A stretch of 26,293 nucleotides of DNA, taken from the NCBI GenBank assembly GCA_043803685.1, contig JAZDJU010000006.1:1-26293 (forward strand). The letters are read 5' to 3'. Shown in pieces: positions 1-8,316 of this stretch (position 1 is its first letter; every line of letters starts with the position of its first letter). The notes beneath the pieces were generated by a model that saw only the letters and a list, made by a program, of their open reading frames with translations, was not told the origin of the DNA and searched no databases. This DNA comes from Candidatus Omnitrophota bacterium (GTDB taxonomy: Bacteria; Omnitrophota; Omnitrophia; Omnitrophales; Aquincolibacteriaceae). The translations under genes were made by a program, and so were the position numbers.

Positions 1-568
1 TGCCTGCAACTTCCTCTGTTTGGCCCGACAAGGTCACGTAAAATTCCAGTTGTGGATTGATCGAAAGCCCCACTTTCATCATCTTGTATCCTTCCGTCAA
101 GGAATCCGCGGTCGGTTTCAGGACGAGCACCCATTTATCCAGAAGAGAAATCGCCCGCTCAAAATGAAAGAGATGGCGATACTCGAAATCCAGAAAAATG
201 TCCCGGTTTTGAAGCATTCCGGACACTCGAGGGGCCGAGGGCCCGCTAACGAGATCACGCAACTCGTCCCAATAAAGACTGTACCGCTCCATGTGTTCCC
301 CGAGAGATTCTCGCGCAGAACCCTCCGCGCCTAAAAAGCTCCGGTTCGTTCGTGATAAGAGGCTCAAAAGCGAACACGCCCTCCCAGGCGAGGCGATCTG
401 CGACGCGAAGAACGTGTTCAGGAGAAGCGAATCCCCATCACAATCGGGAGTCGAAACGCCTAGCACCTGGATCTCCGGAGAACGGCGCGCCGGGAGATCC
501 ACGGAGGCGTCTCCAAAAAGAGGCGAAATATCCTTCAAGCCGCGCACAAGCTTGCGAGAGTCATCCAT
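1..568 (-). CDS. Degenerate MinD/FlhG/ParA-fold protein (probable pseudo-ATPase), 3'-truncated by window edge; not in the ORF track
   Basis: Manual translation from ATG at 568-566 (overlapping the upstream TAA as TAATG) is open for 189 codons to the edge: MDDSRKLVRGLKDISPLF...IQVLGVSTPDCDGDSLLLNTFFASQIA...RDIFLDFE...LLDKWVLVLKPTADSLTEGYKMMK...; the last segment resembles the FlhG/MinD 'ADEVLVVTTPEPTSITDAYALIK' segment. Confidence 0.8.
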   Translation of the reverse strand, partial: MDDSRKLVRGLKDISPLFGDASVDLPARRSPEIQVLGVSTPDCDGDSLLLNTFFASQIASPGRACSLLSLLSRTNRSFLGAEGSARESLGEHMERYSLYWDELRDLVSGPSAPRVSGMLQNRDIFLDFEYRHLFHFERAISLLDKWVLVLKPTADSLTEGYKMMKVGLSINPQLEFYVTLSGQTEEVAG

Positions 569-1665
569 TAGGCGAACTCCATATAAGAATCAACTCCACC
601 ATACGCATTTTCTTTTTGAACGGGCTGATGGGGATCCACTTGCCACTCCCCGTCTACGATGAATTTATACCGGAAGTTCTTGAGCTCCACCGAAACGACC
701 TTTTGCCAGAGCCCGTCCTGGTCACGGCGGACAAGCGCCTCCGGGATCCAGTGGTTAAAATCTCCGGCGATTTCCACCGAGGAGGCCGTTTTGCTTGAAA
801 ATTGAAAGAGGATCCCATCCGAGATCTGGCGCGGGCCAAAATGATTCTTAAAAACCTGTTCCCAGCCCAGCTCTTTCTCGGGAAGCCGCCGGTTCCAGTC
901 CCTTTCCAGATACTCCACAGCGAGATTCAGATAGTCTTGAAAAGCCTGCGATTGAGGCGCGTACTGATCGATGCTCTGTCCTGCGGCCGCCGCTTCCTTA
1001 AGACTGATGTGCTCGTGAATGATCGTTGTGAAAAGCCGGTCCTGAAAATGAGCTTTGACCTCGTCATAAATCTCCTGAGAAAAATTCACCTGGGAATTAA
1101 AGATCGTGAGAAGCGCATGAACCGCAAGAGGCGTTTCCCGGCTTCGGTTCACGACCTGAAAAGTCTCTGAGATCTTGGCGAGACCGTGGAGCGAGAAAAA
1201 AGACGGTTCCACTGGAACCACAACCTCATCCGCCGCGCTAAGCGCATTCCAGGTCAGCATGCCGAGATTCGGGGGACAATCCAGGACCACGAAATCGTAA
1301 TGGCACTGATCGTCGATCCGGGTCAGAAGCTCGCGAAGCTTGAGGTGATAGTTGGGCATGAATCCAAATTCTTCCTCCAAAGCATTCAGACTGCCGTTGC
1401 ACGGGATCAAGTCGAGATCCGTCCTTAACGGCTGGATCACTTCGGAAAAAGATGCGGCAACACGCTGAAGAGGGCTTAAGAGATCGTAAAGAGTACGCAT
1501 CCCCTTTTGCGTCTTAACCCCCCATCCGATCGTCGAATGGCCTTGGGGATCAAGATCGATGATGAGGACTTTTTTTTGAAGAAAATTGAGACAGGCAGAG
1601 AAATTAATACTGGTCGTTGTTTTTCCACACCCGCCTTTTTGATTCGCGATGGCAATCACTCTCAA
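568..1665 (-). CDS. ParA/Soj-family ATPase with C-terminal CBM48/AMPK-beta-like glycogen-binding domain
   Basis: Deviant Walker A ANQKGGCGKTT, A' IDLDPQG, Walker B LDCPP; C-terminal ~85 aa VEIAGDFNHW...GLW...FRYKFIVDGEWQVDP...NAYGG matches the CBM48 pattern; TTG start with AAGGAG at 1679-1674 (8-nt spacing). Confidence 0.93.
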   Translation of the reverse strand: MRVIAIANQKGGCGKTTTSINFSACLNFLQKKVLIIDLDPQGHSTIGWGVKTQKGMRTLYDLLSPLQRVAASFSEVIQPLRTDLDLIPCNGSLNALEEEFGFMPNYHLKLRELLTRIDDQCHYDFVVLDCPPNLGMLTWNALSAADEVVVPVEPSFFSLHGLAKISETFQVVNRSRETPLAVHALLTIFNSQVNFSQEIYDEVKAHFQDRLFTTIIHEHISLKEAAAAGQSIDQYAPQSQAFQDYLNLAVEYLERDWNRRLPEKELGWEQVFKNHFGPRQISDGILFQFSSKTASSVEIAGDFNHWIPEALVRRDQDGLWQKVVSVELKNFRYKFIVDGEWQVDPHQPVQKENAYGGVDSYMEFA

Positions 1666-1861
1666 GAATCCATCTCCTTGAATTAAATGTAACTGGTACT
1701 AATGTAACGGCTTAGCTTAGTAAACCTTTATAGTAATGAGCTTCCCAAGGAGAGAATTCGCGGCGAAAAAGTGAAATCACAAAAAGAGTTTAAAAATGAA
1801 GAACGCTTTAATAAGATCGATGGGGAGGAAAGTCTTATCGGACGCTGGAAACAGCTAGGTT

Positions 1862-2815
1862 TCAGCTCTTTTCAAATATGAGAAGCCGCTCAACCGGGAC
1901 CACACCCTTGAGGTCTCCGGCGCGATCGGTCACAACGGCATACGACTGGCGTTTCTTCTGCAGGGTTAGAAATGCTTTTGCGAGAGAGGTGTCTTCCGGG
2001 ATAAAAATGGGAGCCCGAAGAAAGTCATGCAAGCCTTGCGCGTTCTCCGCCTCCCATAGAATATCGAAAACATAGACCATCCCCATGATAAGGGACGGGA
2101 TTTCTTCATAGACGAGCATCATACGAGCGTTCGTTTCCCGCGCGATCCTTTTGACATCCTCGATCTTGCTATGGATATCCACCATCGGGACTTCCCCCGC
2201 CGGCACCATCACCGAGGAAACATGGATCCGTTCAAAATCAAGAATGGTGTGGATCAACTTTTCTTCTTGCGGCCCCACAATGCCTTTTTGGGTGCTCTCA
2301 TCGATCAAGGAGCGGAATTCTTCTTCATTCACGAAAATATCCTGCGCCGCGCCCTGATGGAGGGAGGATCCCAAAAAGCTCAACATCTTGAAAAAAAGAA
2401 TGATCGGTCCGTACAGAACCGCCTTGAGACATTTCAGAGCCAGGATCTGTCCCATCAAAAACGGTACGGCATTCAGCCGGCAGTAATCTTTAGGGACCAT
2501 TTCCGCAAAGATGATCAGTAACGGCGCCACCACTAACATCACGGCCCACTCGCTATTCCAACCGAAACACTCCTTAAAAAAAAGGGTTGCGATAGAGATC
2601 GCCATCACATTGACAACATTGTTCCCGATCAGGATCGCGGTTAGAAAATAATTGGGATGCCGCTGAAGCTCCATAATGAACCGGGCCTTGGGGTCCCCAG
2701 CATCCGCCATCTCGCGAAGTTTCAGCTTATTGGCCGAAACAAAAGCCATTTCAGCCCCCGAAAAGAACGCGGAAGCGACCATGGCGAGCAAGAACAACGT
2801 CAGCAACCCGATCAC
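1862..2815 (-). CDS. CNNM (DUF21) + CBS domain membrane protein, lacking the CorC C-terminal domain
   Basis: SAFFSGAEMAF, ILIGNNVVN, IFAEMVPK motifs; CBS region VMVP...PIFIPE; GTGA overlap with upstream paralog. Confidence 0.9.
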   Translation of the reverse strand: MIGLLTLFLLAMVASAFFSGAEMAFVSANKLKLREMADAGDPKARFIMELQRHPNYFLTAILIGNNVVNVMAISIATLFFKECFGWNSEWAVMLVVAPLLIIFAEMVPKDYCRLNAVPFLMGQILALKCLKAVLYGPIILFFKMLSFLGSSLHQGAAQDIFVNEEEFRSLIDESTQKGIVGPQEEKLIHTILDFERIHVSSVMVPAGEVPMVDIHSKIEDVKRIARETNARMMLVYEEIPSLIMGMVYVFDILWEAENAQGLHDFLRAPIFIPEDTSLAKAFLTLQKKRQSYAVVTDRAGDLKGVVPVERLLIFEKS

Positions 2816-4047
2816 GACTTCCTCCTGACCGTGACCTGATGGATACGTTGACGAACCATGTCCTGGATCACAAAATCGAATTGTTCCGTCTGCAGGGTCG
2901 CCCCTTTCGCGGGAACAACCCCCATTTTTTCAAATAAATAGCCCCCCATCGTCGAAGCTTCCTCCGCCACGAGATGTGCGGAAAAAAAATCATTGAATTC
3001 CGATAGACCGACCTTCCCCTCCACCAAATAGAAATCTTCACCTAGCCGCCGGATAGGGTTTTCGACCTTGGCATATTCATCGTAGAACTCCCCGAATATC
3101 TCCTCGAGAATATCCTCCTGCGTCACCACGCCGGCCGGTCCGCCGAATTCATCCACACAAACAGCAAAGCGCTCATTCTTGCTCCGGAATGTCTCCAGAA
3201 GATCATCGATCCGCTTGCTCTCCGGGATAAAAAGAGGCTCCTGCATCACACGTTTCACGTCGGGAAGAGGCTCCTGCAAAAGATAGTTCTGAGATTCAAC
3301 GACTCCCAGGATGTGATCCATCGAACCCTGAAAAACAGGAAGCCTCGTAAAGTGGCACTTCCGGATCAGCGCCTCATGTTTTTCAGGCAAGTCTTCGATA
3401 TCGAGCCCCATCAGGTCCGTTCGCGGTGTCATAATGTCCTTGACTGGCCGCTCGCCAAGGTCCAGCAGTTTCTGGATCATATGACGCTCCTGACCTCCCA
3501 AAACTCCCTCTTCCTCGCCGATCTTCACCAGGACCTTTAATTCCTTTTCCGAGATCATATCCGATTGATCGATCCTTTCATGAACAAGAAAAGAAAGAAC
3601 ACGGTCTGTTACAAAACGCATCAAGACCCTAAAGGGAGTGAAGATCATCGCGAAGAACTTCAACGGAAGGGACACGCACAGCGCCACTTTGGCTCGCGCC
3701 CTGACCGCAAGGATCTTGGGGAACATTTCGCAAAAAACGATCAGGAAAAGAGTAAATACCACCATCCACGAACCTAGATGCGCGTTTCCGAAAAGCCTGA
3801 GGATCACAAGGGCTACAATCGCCGTCGCCAAAGAATTCACCGCCAAATTGCCGATCAGGACGGTACTGAGGGTTTTTCGCGGCTTTTGCAGATGCTCAAA
3901 GATCCATTTCGACAAATGCGGGTGCTGTTCCTTGAGTTTTCGTTTATCCAGTTTGGATAGCGAGAAAAGGGCCGTTTCGGACGCGGAAAAGAAAAAAGAA
4001 AGAAGGAACAGGATCCCCAACACAACCCAATGCATGATCATTCCCAC
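2812..4047 (-). CDS. Hemolysin-family/CorB-type CNNM + CBS + CorC_HlyC protein (putative Mg2+/Co2+ transporter)
   Basis: FFSASETALFSL, LIGNLAVN, IMTPR, FTRLPV, VDEFGG..GVVTQEDILEEIFGEF, C-terminal CorC domain STMGGYL; exact start uncertain (GTG 4047 or ATG 4041/4035). Confidence 0.92.
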   Translation of the reverse strand: MGMIMHWVVLGILFLLSFFFSASETALFSLSKLDKRKLKEQHPHLSKWIFEHLQKPRKTLSTVLIGNLAVNSLATAIVALVILRLFGNAHLGSWMVVFTLFLIVFCEMFPKILAVRARAKVALCVSLPLKFFAMIFTPFRVLMRFVTDRVLSFLVHERIDQSDMISEKELKVLVKIGEEEGVLGGQERHMIQKLLDLGERPVKDIMTPRTDLMGLDIEDLPEKHEALIRKCHFTRLPVFQGSMDHILGVVESQNYLLQEPLPDVKRVMQEPLFIPESKRIDDLLETFRSKNERFAVCVDEFGGPAGVVTQEDILEEIFGEFYDEYAKVENPIRRLGEDFYLVEGKVGLSEFNDFFSAHLVAEEASTMGGYLFEKMGVVPAKGATLQTEQFDFVIQDMVRQRIHQVTVRRKS

Positions 4048-4050
4048 ATC

Positions 4051-4629
4051 CTAACTTTTCTGGTAAAGCGCGTGCACGCGAATGTAATGAAGCACCTCGG
4101 GCGACACATCATCGTCCACATTCTTACCGCATTTGATAGCTTCACGGATCGCCGAAGAAGCGATCGAACAAGGAGGCATCTGGATCCACTCGGCACGAAT
4201 ATCTTGGGGCTCACGCATTTGATGATCGCCCCGTCTTGCGATCAGAAACTGTACTTTTCTCTTAAGCTCGTCTGCGCGATGCCAAGTATTGATCCCCTCA
4301 AAGGCGTCCCCTCCAAGGATCAAACAAAGTGTGTCGTGAGGATATTTCTTTTCAAATTCGCAAACCGTGTCGAAGGTATAAGAGACCCCCTTCCGAAGGA
4401 TCTCGCAATCGGAAAATTCCAGGAAGGGCTTGCCTTGAATGGCCAAACGGACCATTTCACAGCGATCTTTGGCGGATGTGAATAAAGCGGCATCTTGCTT
4501 ATGGGGCGGTTGTAGGGCTGGAACGAAGATTATCTTATCGAGCGAAAACTGAGCCAAAGCATTCTGGGCGAGCTCTAAATGCCCCAGGTGGACCGGATCG
4601 AAGGTCCCTCCAAAAATACCGATCTTCAT
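4051..4629 (-). CDS. nadD: Nicotinate-nucleotide adenylyltransferase
   Basis: GIFGGTFDPVHLGH, PPHK, SYTFDT, GGDAF, SSAIR motifs; usual position after proA. Confidence 0.96.
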   Translation of the reverse strand: MKIGIFGGTFDPVHLGHLELAQNALAQFSLDKIIFVPALQPPHKQDAALFTSAKDRCEMVRLAIQGKPFLEFSDCEILRKGVSYTFDTVCEFEKKYPHDTLCLILGGDAFEGINTWHRADELKRKVQFLIARRGDHQMREPQDIRAEWIQMPPCSIASSAIREAIKCGKNVDDDVSPEVLHYIRVHALYQKS

Positions 4630-4644
4630 GCGGAAAAACCGCTT

Positions 4645-5901
4645 TTAAGAACGTATATGGCCATTCCCTTCCACGATATATTTATACGAGGTGAGACCTT
4701 CAAGCCCCATCGGCCCCCGCGCATGGATCTTATCGGTCGAAATACCGATCTCGGCACCGAATCCATATTCAAAACCGTCGGAAAAACGGGTCGAGGCATT
4801 GACCATCACGGAGGATGAATCCACCTTCGCCTTGAAGATCTTTGCCGCAGCCTTGTCCTCCGTAACGATAGCATCCGTATGATGAGAGCCAAAGGTCTCA
4901 ATATGACGGATCGCTTCCTCGATATCGTCGACGACTCGCACCGCAAGGATCTTTTCCAGGAATTCGCACCCGTAATCACTCGCTTTAGAACGCTTCGCCC
5001 ACGGGATGATGCGACAAGTCCCGCTATCGCCCCGGATCTCGCACCCGCCCTTTTTGAGGAGCTCCCCCGCCGCCATCAGAAATCGTTTGGCAATGCCCCG
5101 ATGGACGAGGAGCGTTTCCATCGCATTACAGACCCCGGGACGCTGCAATTTGGCGTTCAGCGTGATCGAGATAGCTTTCTTTATGTCAGCTTTTTTATCG
5201 ACATACACATGACAGATCCCCTGGTAGTGCTTGACCACCGGGATACGCGATTTTTTTACGACCCGACGGATCAGTTTTTCTCCGCCGCGCGGGATCACGA
5301 GATCGATCCTACCTTCTTGTCCTAAAAGAAAATCGAGAGCGGCATAATCCGTCGTGGTCACAAGATTCACGTGAAAAGGCGAAAGCCCGTGCCGTTTGAG
5401 GGATTCTTTAAAGATCGAAACCAACGCGCGATTGGAAGCCATCGCCTCGCGGCCGCCACGAAGGATCGCAACATTGGAACTTTTAAGGCAAAGCGCGGCA
5501 CATTCGACTGTCACGTTTGGACGGGACTCATAAATCATCAACACCACTCCTAGCGGAACAGTCACTTTTTGGAGCTTCAGGCCATTCGGTCTTGCCCACT
5601 TCGCCAACACTTGACCAATCGGGTCCTCGAGCCGGGCCACGGCCCGAACACCTTCCGCCATGCCCCGAACACGCTCTTCCGTAAGCGTCAACCGATCGAT
5701 CATGGCCGCCGAAAGTCCGTCAGCATGAGCGGAGCTGAGATCTTTGCGGTTCTCAGCAACAAGCCATTTCGTTTTCTTTTCAAGCCTGGCCGCAATATCA
5801 CATAAAAGTTTCTTCTTGAACGCCGGAGATTCCTGCCCGGCACAAGACGCCGCCTTCCGAGCCCCCACGAGCACCTTCTCGAGCTCTTGTTTCCAGCTCA
5901 T
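4645..5901 (-). CDS. proA: Glutamate-5-semialdehyde dehydrogenase
   Basis: VPLGV..IYESRPNVT, PGVCNAMETLL, VNASTRFSDG.EYGFGAEIGISTDKIHARGPMGL. Confidence 0.97.
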   Translation of the reverse strand: MSWKQELEKVLVGARKAASCAGQESPAFKKKLLCDIAARLEKKTKWLVAENRKDLSSAHADGLSAAMIDRLTLTEERVRGMAEGVRAVARLEDPIGQVLAKWARPNGLKLQKVTVPLGVVLMIYESRPNVTVECAALCLKSSNVAILRGGREAMASNRALVSIFKESLKRHGLSPFHVNLVTTTDYAALDFLLGQEGRIDLVIPRGGEKLIRRVVKKSRIPVVKHYQGICHVYVDKKADIKKAISITLNAKLQRPGVCNAMETLLVHRGIAKRFLMAAGELLKKGGCEIRGDSGTCRIIPWAKRSKASDYGCEFLEKILAVRVVDDIEEAIRHIETFGSHHTDAIVTEDKAAAKIFKAKVDSSSVMVNASTRFSDGFEYGFGAEIGISTDKIHARGPMGLEGLTSYKYIVEGNGHIRS

Positions 5902-7013
5902 CGTTCGCTCCAGATCACGAGATCATTTCGATGAACAACTTCATCACAGGAATTTTTCCCTAAAATAGATTCGGCCTCACGAGTACGCTTTCCCGCGATA
6001 CGCCCAAGATCACGACTGTTGTAGCGCACCACCCCGCGGCCCAGGATCTTCCCGGTGAGGGCTTCCAGTTCCACAACCTGCCCCGCATTGAAACTTCCCT
6101 GGACCTTGACGATCCCTCCAGACAATAAGCTCTTTTTCGCTAGAAGCGCCTGACAGGCTCCGTCATCGACCACGATACCACCGCTCCGGGGCGCTGAAAA
6201 GGCTATCCATTTACGTCTCAGGTCCTTCTTGGGACCGGAAGCAATGAACAAAGTCCCGACATCTTTCCCATCAACGATATCTTGCAAAATCTTGGGATTA
6301 TGGCCATTCACGATCATAAAAGGGATCCCGAGGCGCATCGCTACCTGCGCGGCCTTGAGCTTGGCGCGCATGCCACCCACAGTTTCCTCTCTCTTTTTAT
6401 CCGCCAAATGCGCCATGAGCTTATTGTCGATCTCATCCTCGGAAGTCACTTCCCGCACACGCGTTCCGTCCTTCAGCAAGAACCCTTCGGCATCCGAAAG
6501 ATTGATAAGAAGATCGGCACCCACCAAATGCGCCACATGAACCGAGAGGATATCATTGTCCCCAAACGCGATCTCTTCGACCGCGATGGTATCGTTTTCG
6601 TTGACGATCGGAAGAATGCTGAGCTTGAGAAGTGTTTCGAGGGTGTTACGGGCGCAGAGGAATCGCTTCCGGTCTTCAAGCCCGTCACGCGTCAGGAGAA
6701 GCTGGGCGGTGTGCACTTTTTTTTTGGCAAAAAAGGTCTCGTAGGCATGCATGAGCTTGCCCTGACCGATAGCGGCGCAAGCTTGAAGCTCGGCCATTGC
6801 TTTCGGCCGCTTTTTGAAGCCACAACTTTTCATCCCAAGCGCGATCGCCCCGGAGCTCACCAGGACCGGCCTCCGACCCTTCCGGATAAGCGTGAAAATC
6901 TCCTGACAGACCCGCGCGTGCTCTTTATGGGAAAAACTTTCCCCATGCGTCTTCAGGATACTCGTACCGATCTTGATGACGATCTTTTGGGCGTGACACA
7001 CTCGATCAGACAT
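5898..7013 (-). CDS. proB: Glutamate 5-kinase with PUA domain
   Basis: IVIKIGTS, VSSGAI, QACAAIGQ, NENDT...FGDND, GGM.AKL, C-terminal PUA (EVVHRNDL); start taken at ATG 7013 (overlaps obg stop), alternatives 7022/7037. Confidence 0.95.
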   Translation of the reverse strand: MSDRVCHAQKIVIKIGTSILKTHGESFSHKEHARVCQEIFTLIRKGRRPVLVSSGAIALGMKSCGFKKRPKAMAELQACAAIGQGKLMHAYETFFAKKKVHTAQLLLTRDGLEDRKRFLCARNTLETLLKLSILPIVNENDTIAVEEIAFGDNDILSVHVAHLVGADLLINLSDAEGFLLKDGTRVREVTSEDEIDNKLMAHLADKKREETVGGMRAKLKAAQVAMRLGIPFMIVNGHNPKILQDIVDGKDVGTLFIASGPKKDLRRKWIAFSAPRSGGIVVDDGACQALLAKKSLLSGGIVKVQGSFNAGQVVELEALTGKILGRGVVRYNSRDLGRIAGKRTREAESILGKNSCDEVVHRNDLVIWSER

Positions 7014-7977
7014 TGCGATCATTCTCGATTTTTTCATGAATGAACTTGACGAGAGATTCTACCCCTTCCCCCGTGGTCACTGAAATCAAAAAATAGATCT
7101 GTCCGGAACTTTTCAACTCCTCCTGAATCTTTTCGATGTCATGCCCCAGATCGATCTTGTTGACCACCACAATACTCGGGATCTGCCTGTAAGCGGCATC
7201 GTGTTCATAAACGATCCTCTGCAGAGCACTCAGTCCTTCAATGGTCGTGCGGGCAAATTTCAAAGTCGCGTCGATCATGAACAGGATCAACTTGGCGCGT
7301 GCCAAATGTCTCAAAAAATCAGTTCCTAATCCCCGTCCGTCCGTGGAACCTTCAAAAATGGACGGCAACTCGCAAATATTGATCTGTTTATAGTCGTCAT
7401 AAGGATGAACCCCCAACACCGGACTTCGCGTCGCGAAAGGATAATCTTTTCCCTCAACAGGCGCGCGGGTCAGATGATGCAGGAGTGAGGATTTTCCGGA
7501 ACTGGGAAGTCCCACGAGGAAAACGTCTGCCATAATGCGAAACTCGACATCCACCTCGAGCTTTTCTCCTTCCTCCCCGGAAGTTGACGTTTTGTCGCCG
7601 ATATTGCCGGATCCCCCACGCCCCCCCCGTGCCACGATCACCTCCTCACCTTCCAGATAAAGATCACGGATCGCAAGATGGTTCTCACGACGAAAGATCG
7701 AGGTTCCGAGCGGGACCAATACGATCAGGTCCGCCCCCTTGCGACCCCGTCTATTGTCACTACTGCCGTGCTCGCCGGATTCCGCATCCAAATGCTGTTT
7801 AAGTCTGAGACGGTCAAGCCCCGGGGCATTATGCGAAGCGCGGAAGATCACGTTCCCGCCATCGCCGCCATCGGCGCCATTCGGAACTTTCTTATGGTCC
7901 TTACGATGGTTGTAACTTTCACAACCTTTACCGCCCTGTCCGCCCTTGATCTTTAAATGTATTTTATCGACGAGCAT
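7006..7977 (-). CDS. obgE: Obg/CgtA-family GTPase, short form with non-canonical G3 motif
   Basis: Gly-rich Obg fold (GGQGGKGC...GADGGDGGNV...VPLGT...ARGGRGG.GN), ADVFLVGLPSSGKSS, YPFAT, GRGLGTDFLRHL, NKID; synteny rplU-rpmA-obg-proB; SD AAGGA at 7987-7983. Confidence 0.9.
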   Translation of the reverse strand: MLVDKIHLKIKGGQGGKGCESYNHRKDHKKVPNGADGGDGGNVIFRASHNAPGLDRLRLKQHLDAESGEHGSSDNRRGRKGADLIVLVPLGTSIFRRENHLAIRDLYLEGEEVIVARGGRGGSGNIGDKTSTSGEEGEKLEVDVEFRIMADVFLVGLPSSGKSSLLHHLTRAPVEGKDYPFATRSPVLGVHPYDDYKQINICELPSIFEGSTDGRGLGTDFLRHLARAKLILFMIDATLKFARTTIEGLSALQRIVYEHDAAYRQIPSIVVVNKIDLGHDIEKIQEELKSSGQIYFLISVTTGEGVESLVKFIHEKIENDRNV

Positions 7978-7987
7978 AGATGTCCTT

Positions 7988-8032
7988 AAAAAGAAAAAAG
8001 GCCAAAAAGCGCGGGATCGCTTTTTAGCCTTT
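7988..8032 (-). terminator. Intrinsic terminator after rpmA
   Basis: Minus strand AAAGGCTAAAAAGCG-ATCCCG-CGCTTTTTGGCCTTT followed by TTTCTTTTT. Confidence 0.8.
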
Positions 8033-8052
8033 CAAACTTGGTTGGAATTGGA

Positions 8053-8295
8053 TTAACTCGGAATAATATGGACAGATCGATTTGCCCGAAACTCCACGAT
8101 CCCGGCACGCTTTGCGAAAAGGGTGTAATCGGTGCCGATCCCGACAAAATTCCCGGGATGATACCGCGTTCCGCGCTGGCGGACAATAATACCCCCAGCG
8201 GGAATCTTCTGCCCGCCATAGACTTTGACGCCCAAGCGTTTGGAATTTGAGTCTCTTCCGTTAGTTGTACTACCCTGACTTTTTGTATGTGCCAT
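8053..8295 (-). CDS. rpmA: 50S ribosomal protein L27
   Basis: [24 protein letters not shown]...IIVRQRGT...G.DYTLFA. Confidence 0.98.
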   Translation of the reverse strand: MAHTKSQGSTTNGRDSNSKRLGVKVYGGQKIPAGGIIVRQRGTRYHPGNFVGIGTDYTLFAKRAGIVEFRANRSVHIIPS

Positions 8296-8316
8296 GTTTT
8301 CCTCTGAAAAGTATGA

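Noticed and set aside
5363..5378. parS-like palindrome AGATTCACGTGAAAAG
   Set aside because: Only 12/16 match to TGTTTCACGTGAAACA, lacks the outer conserved bases, lies inside proA codons and no parB is in the window
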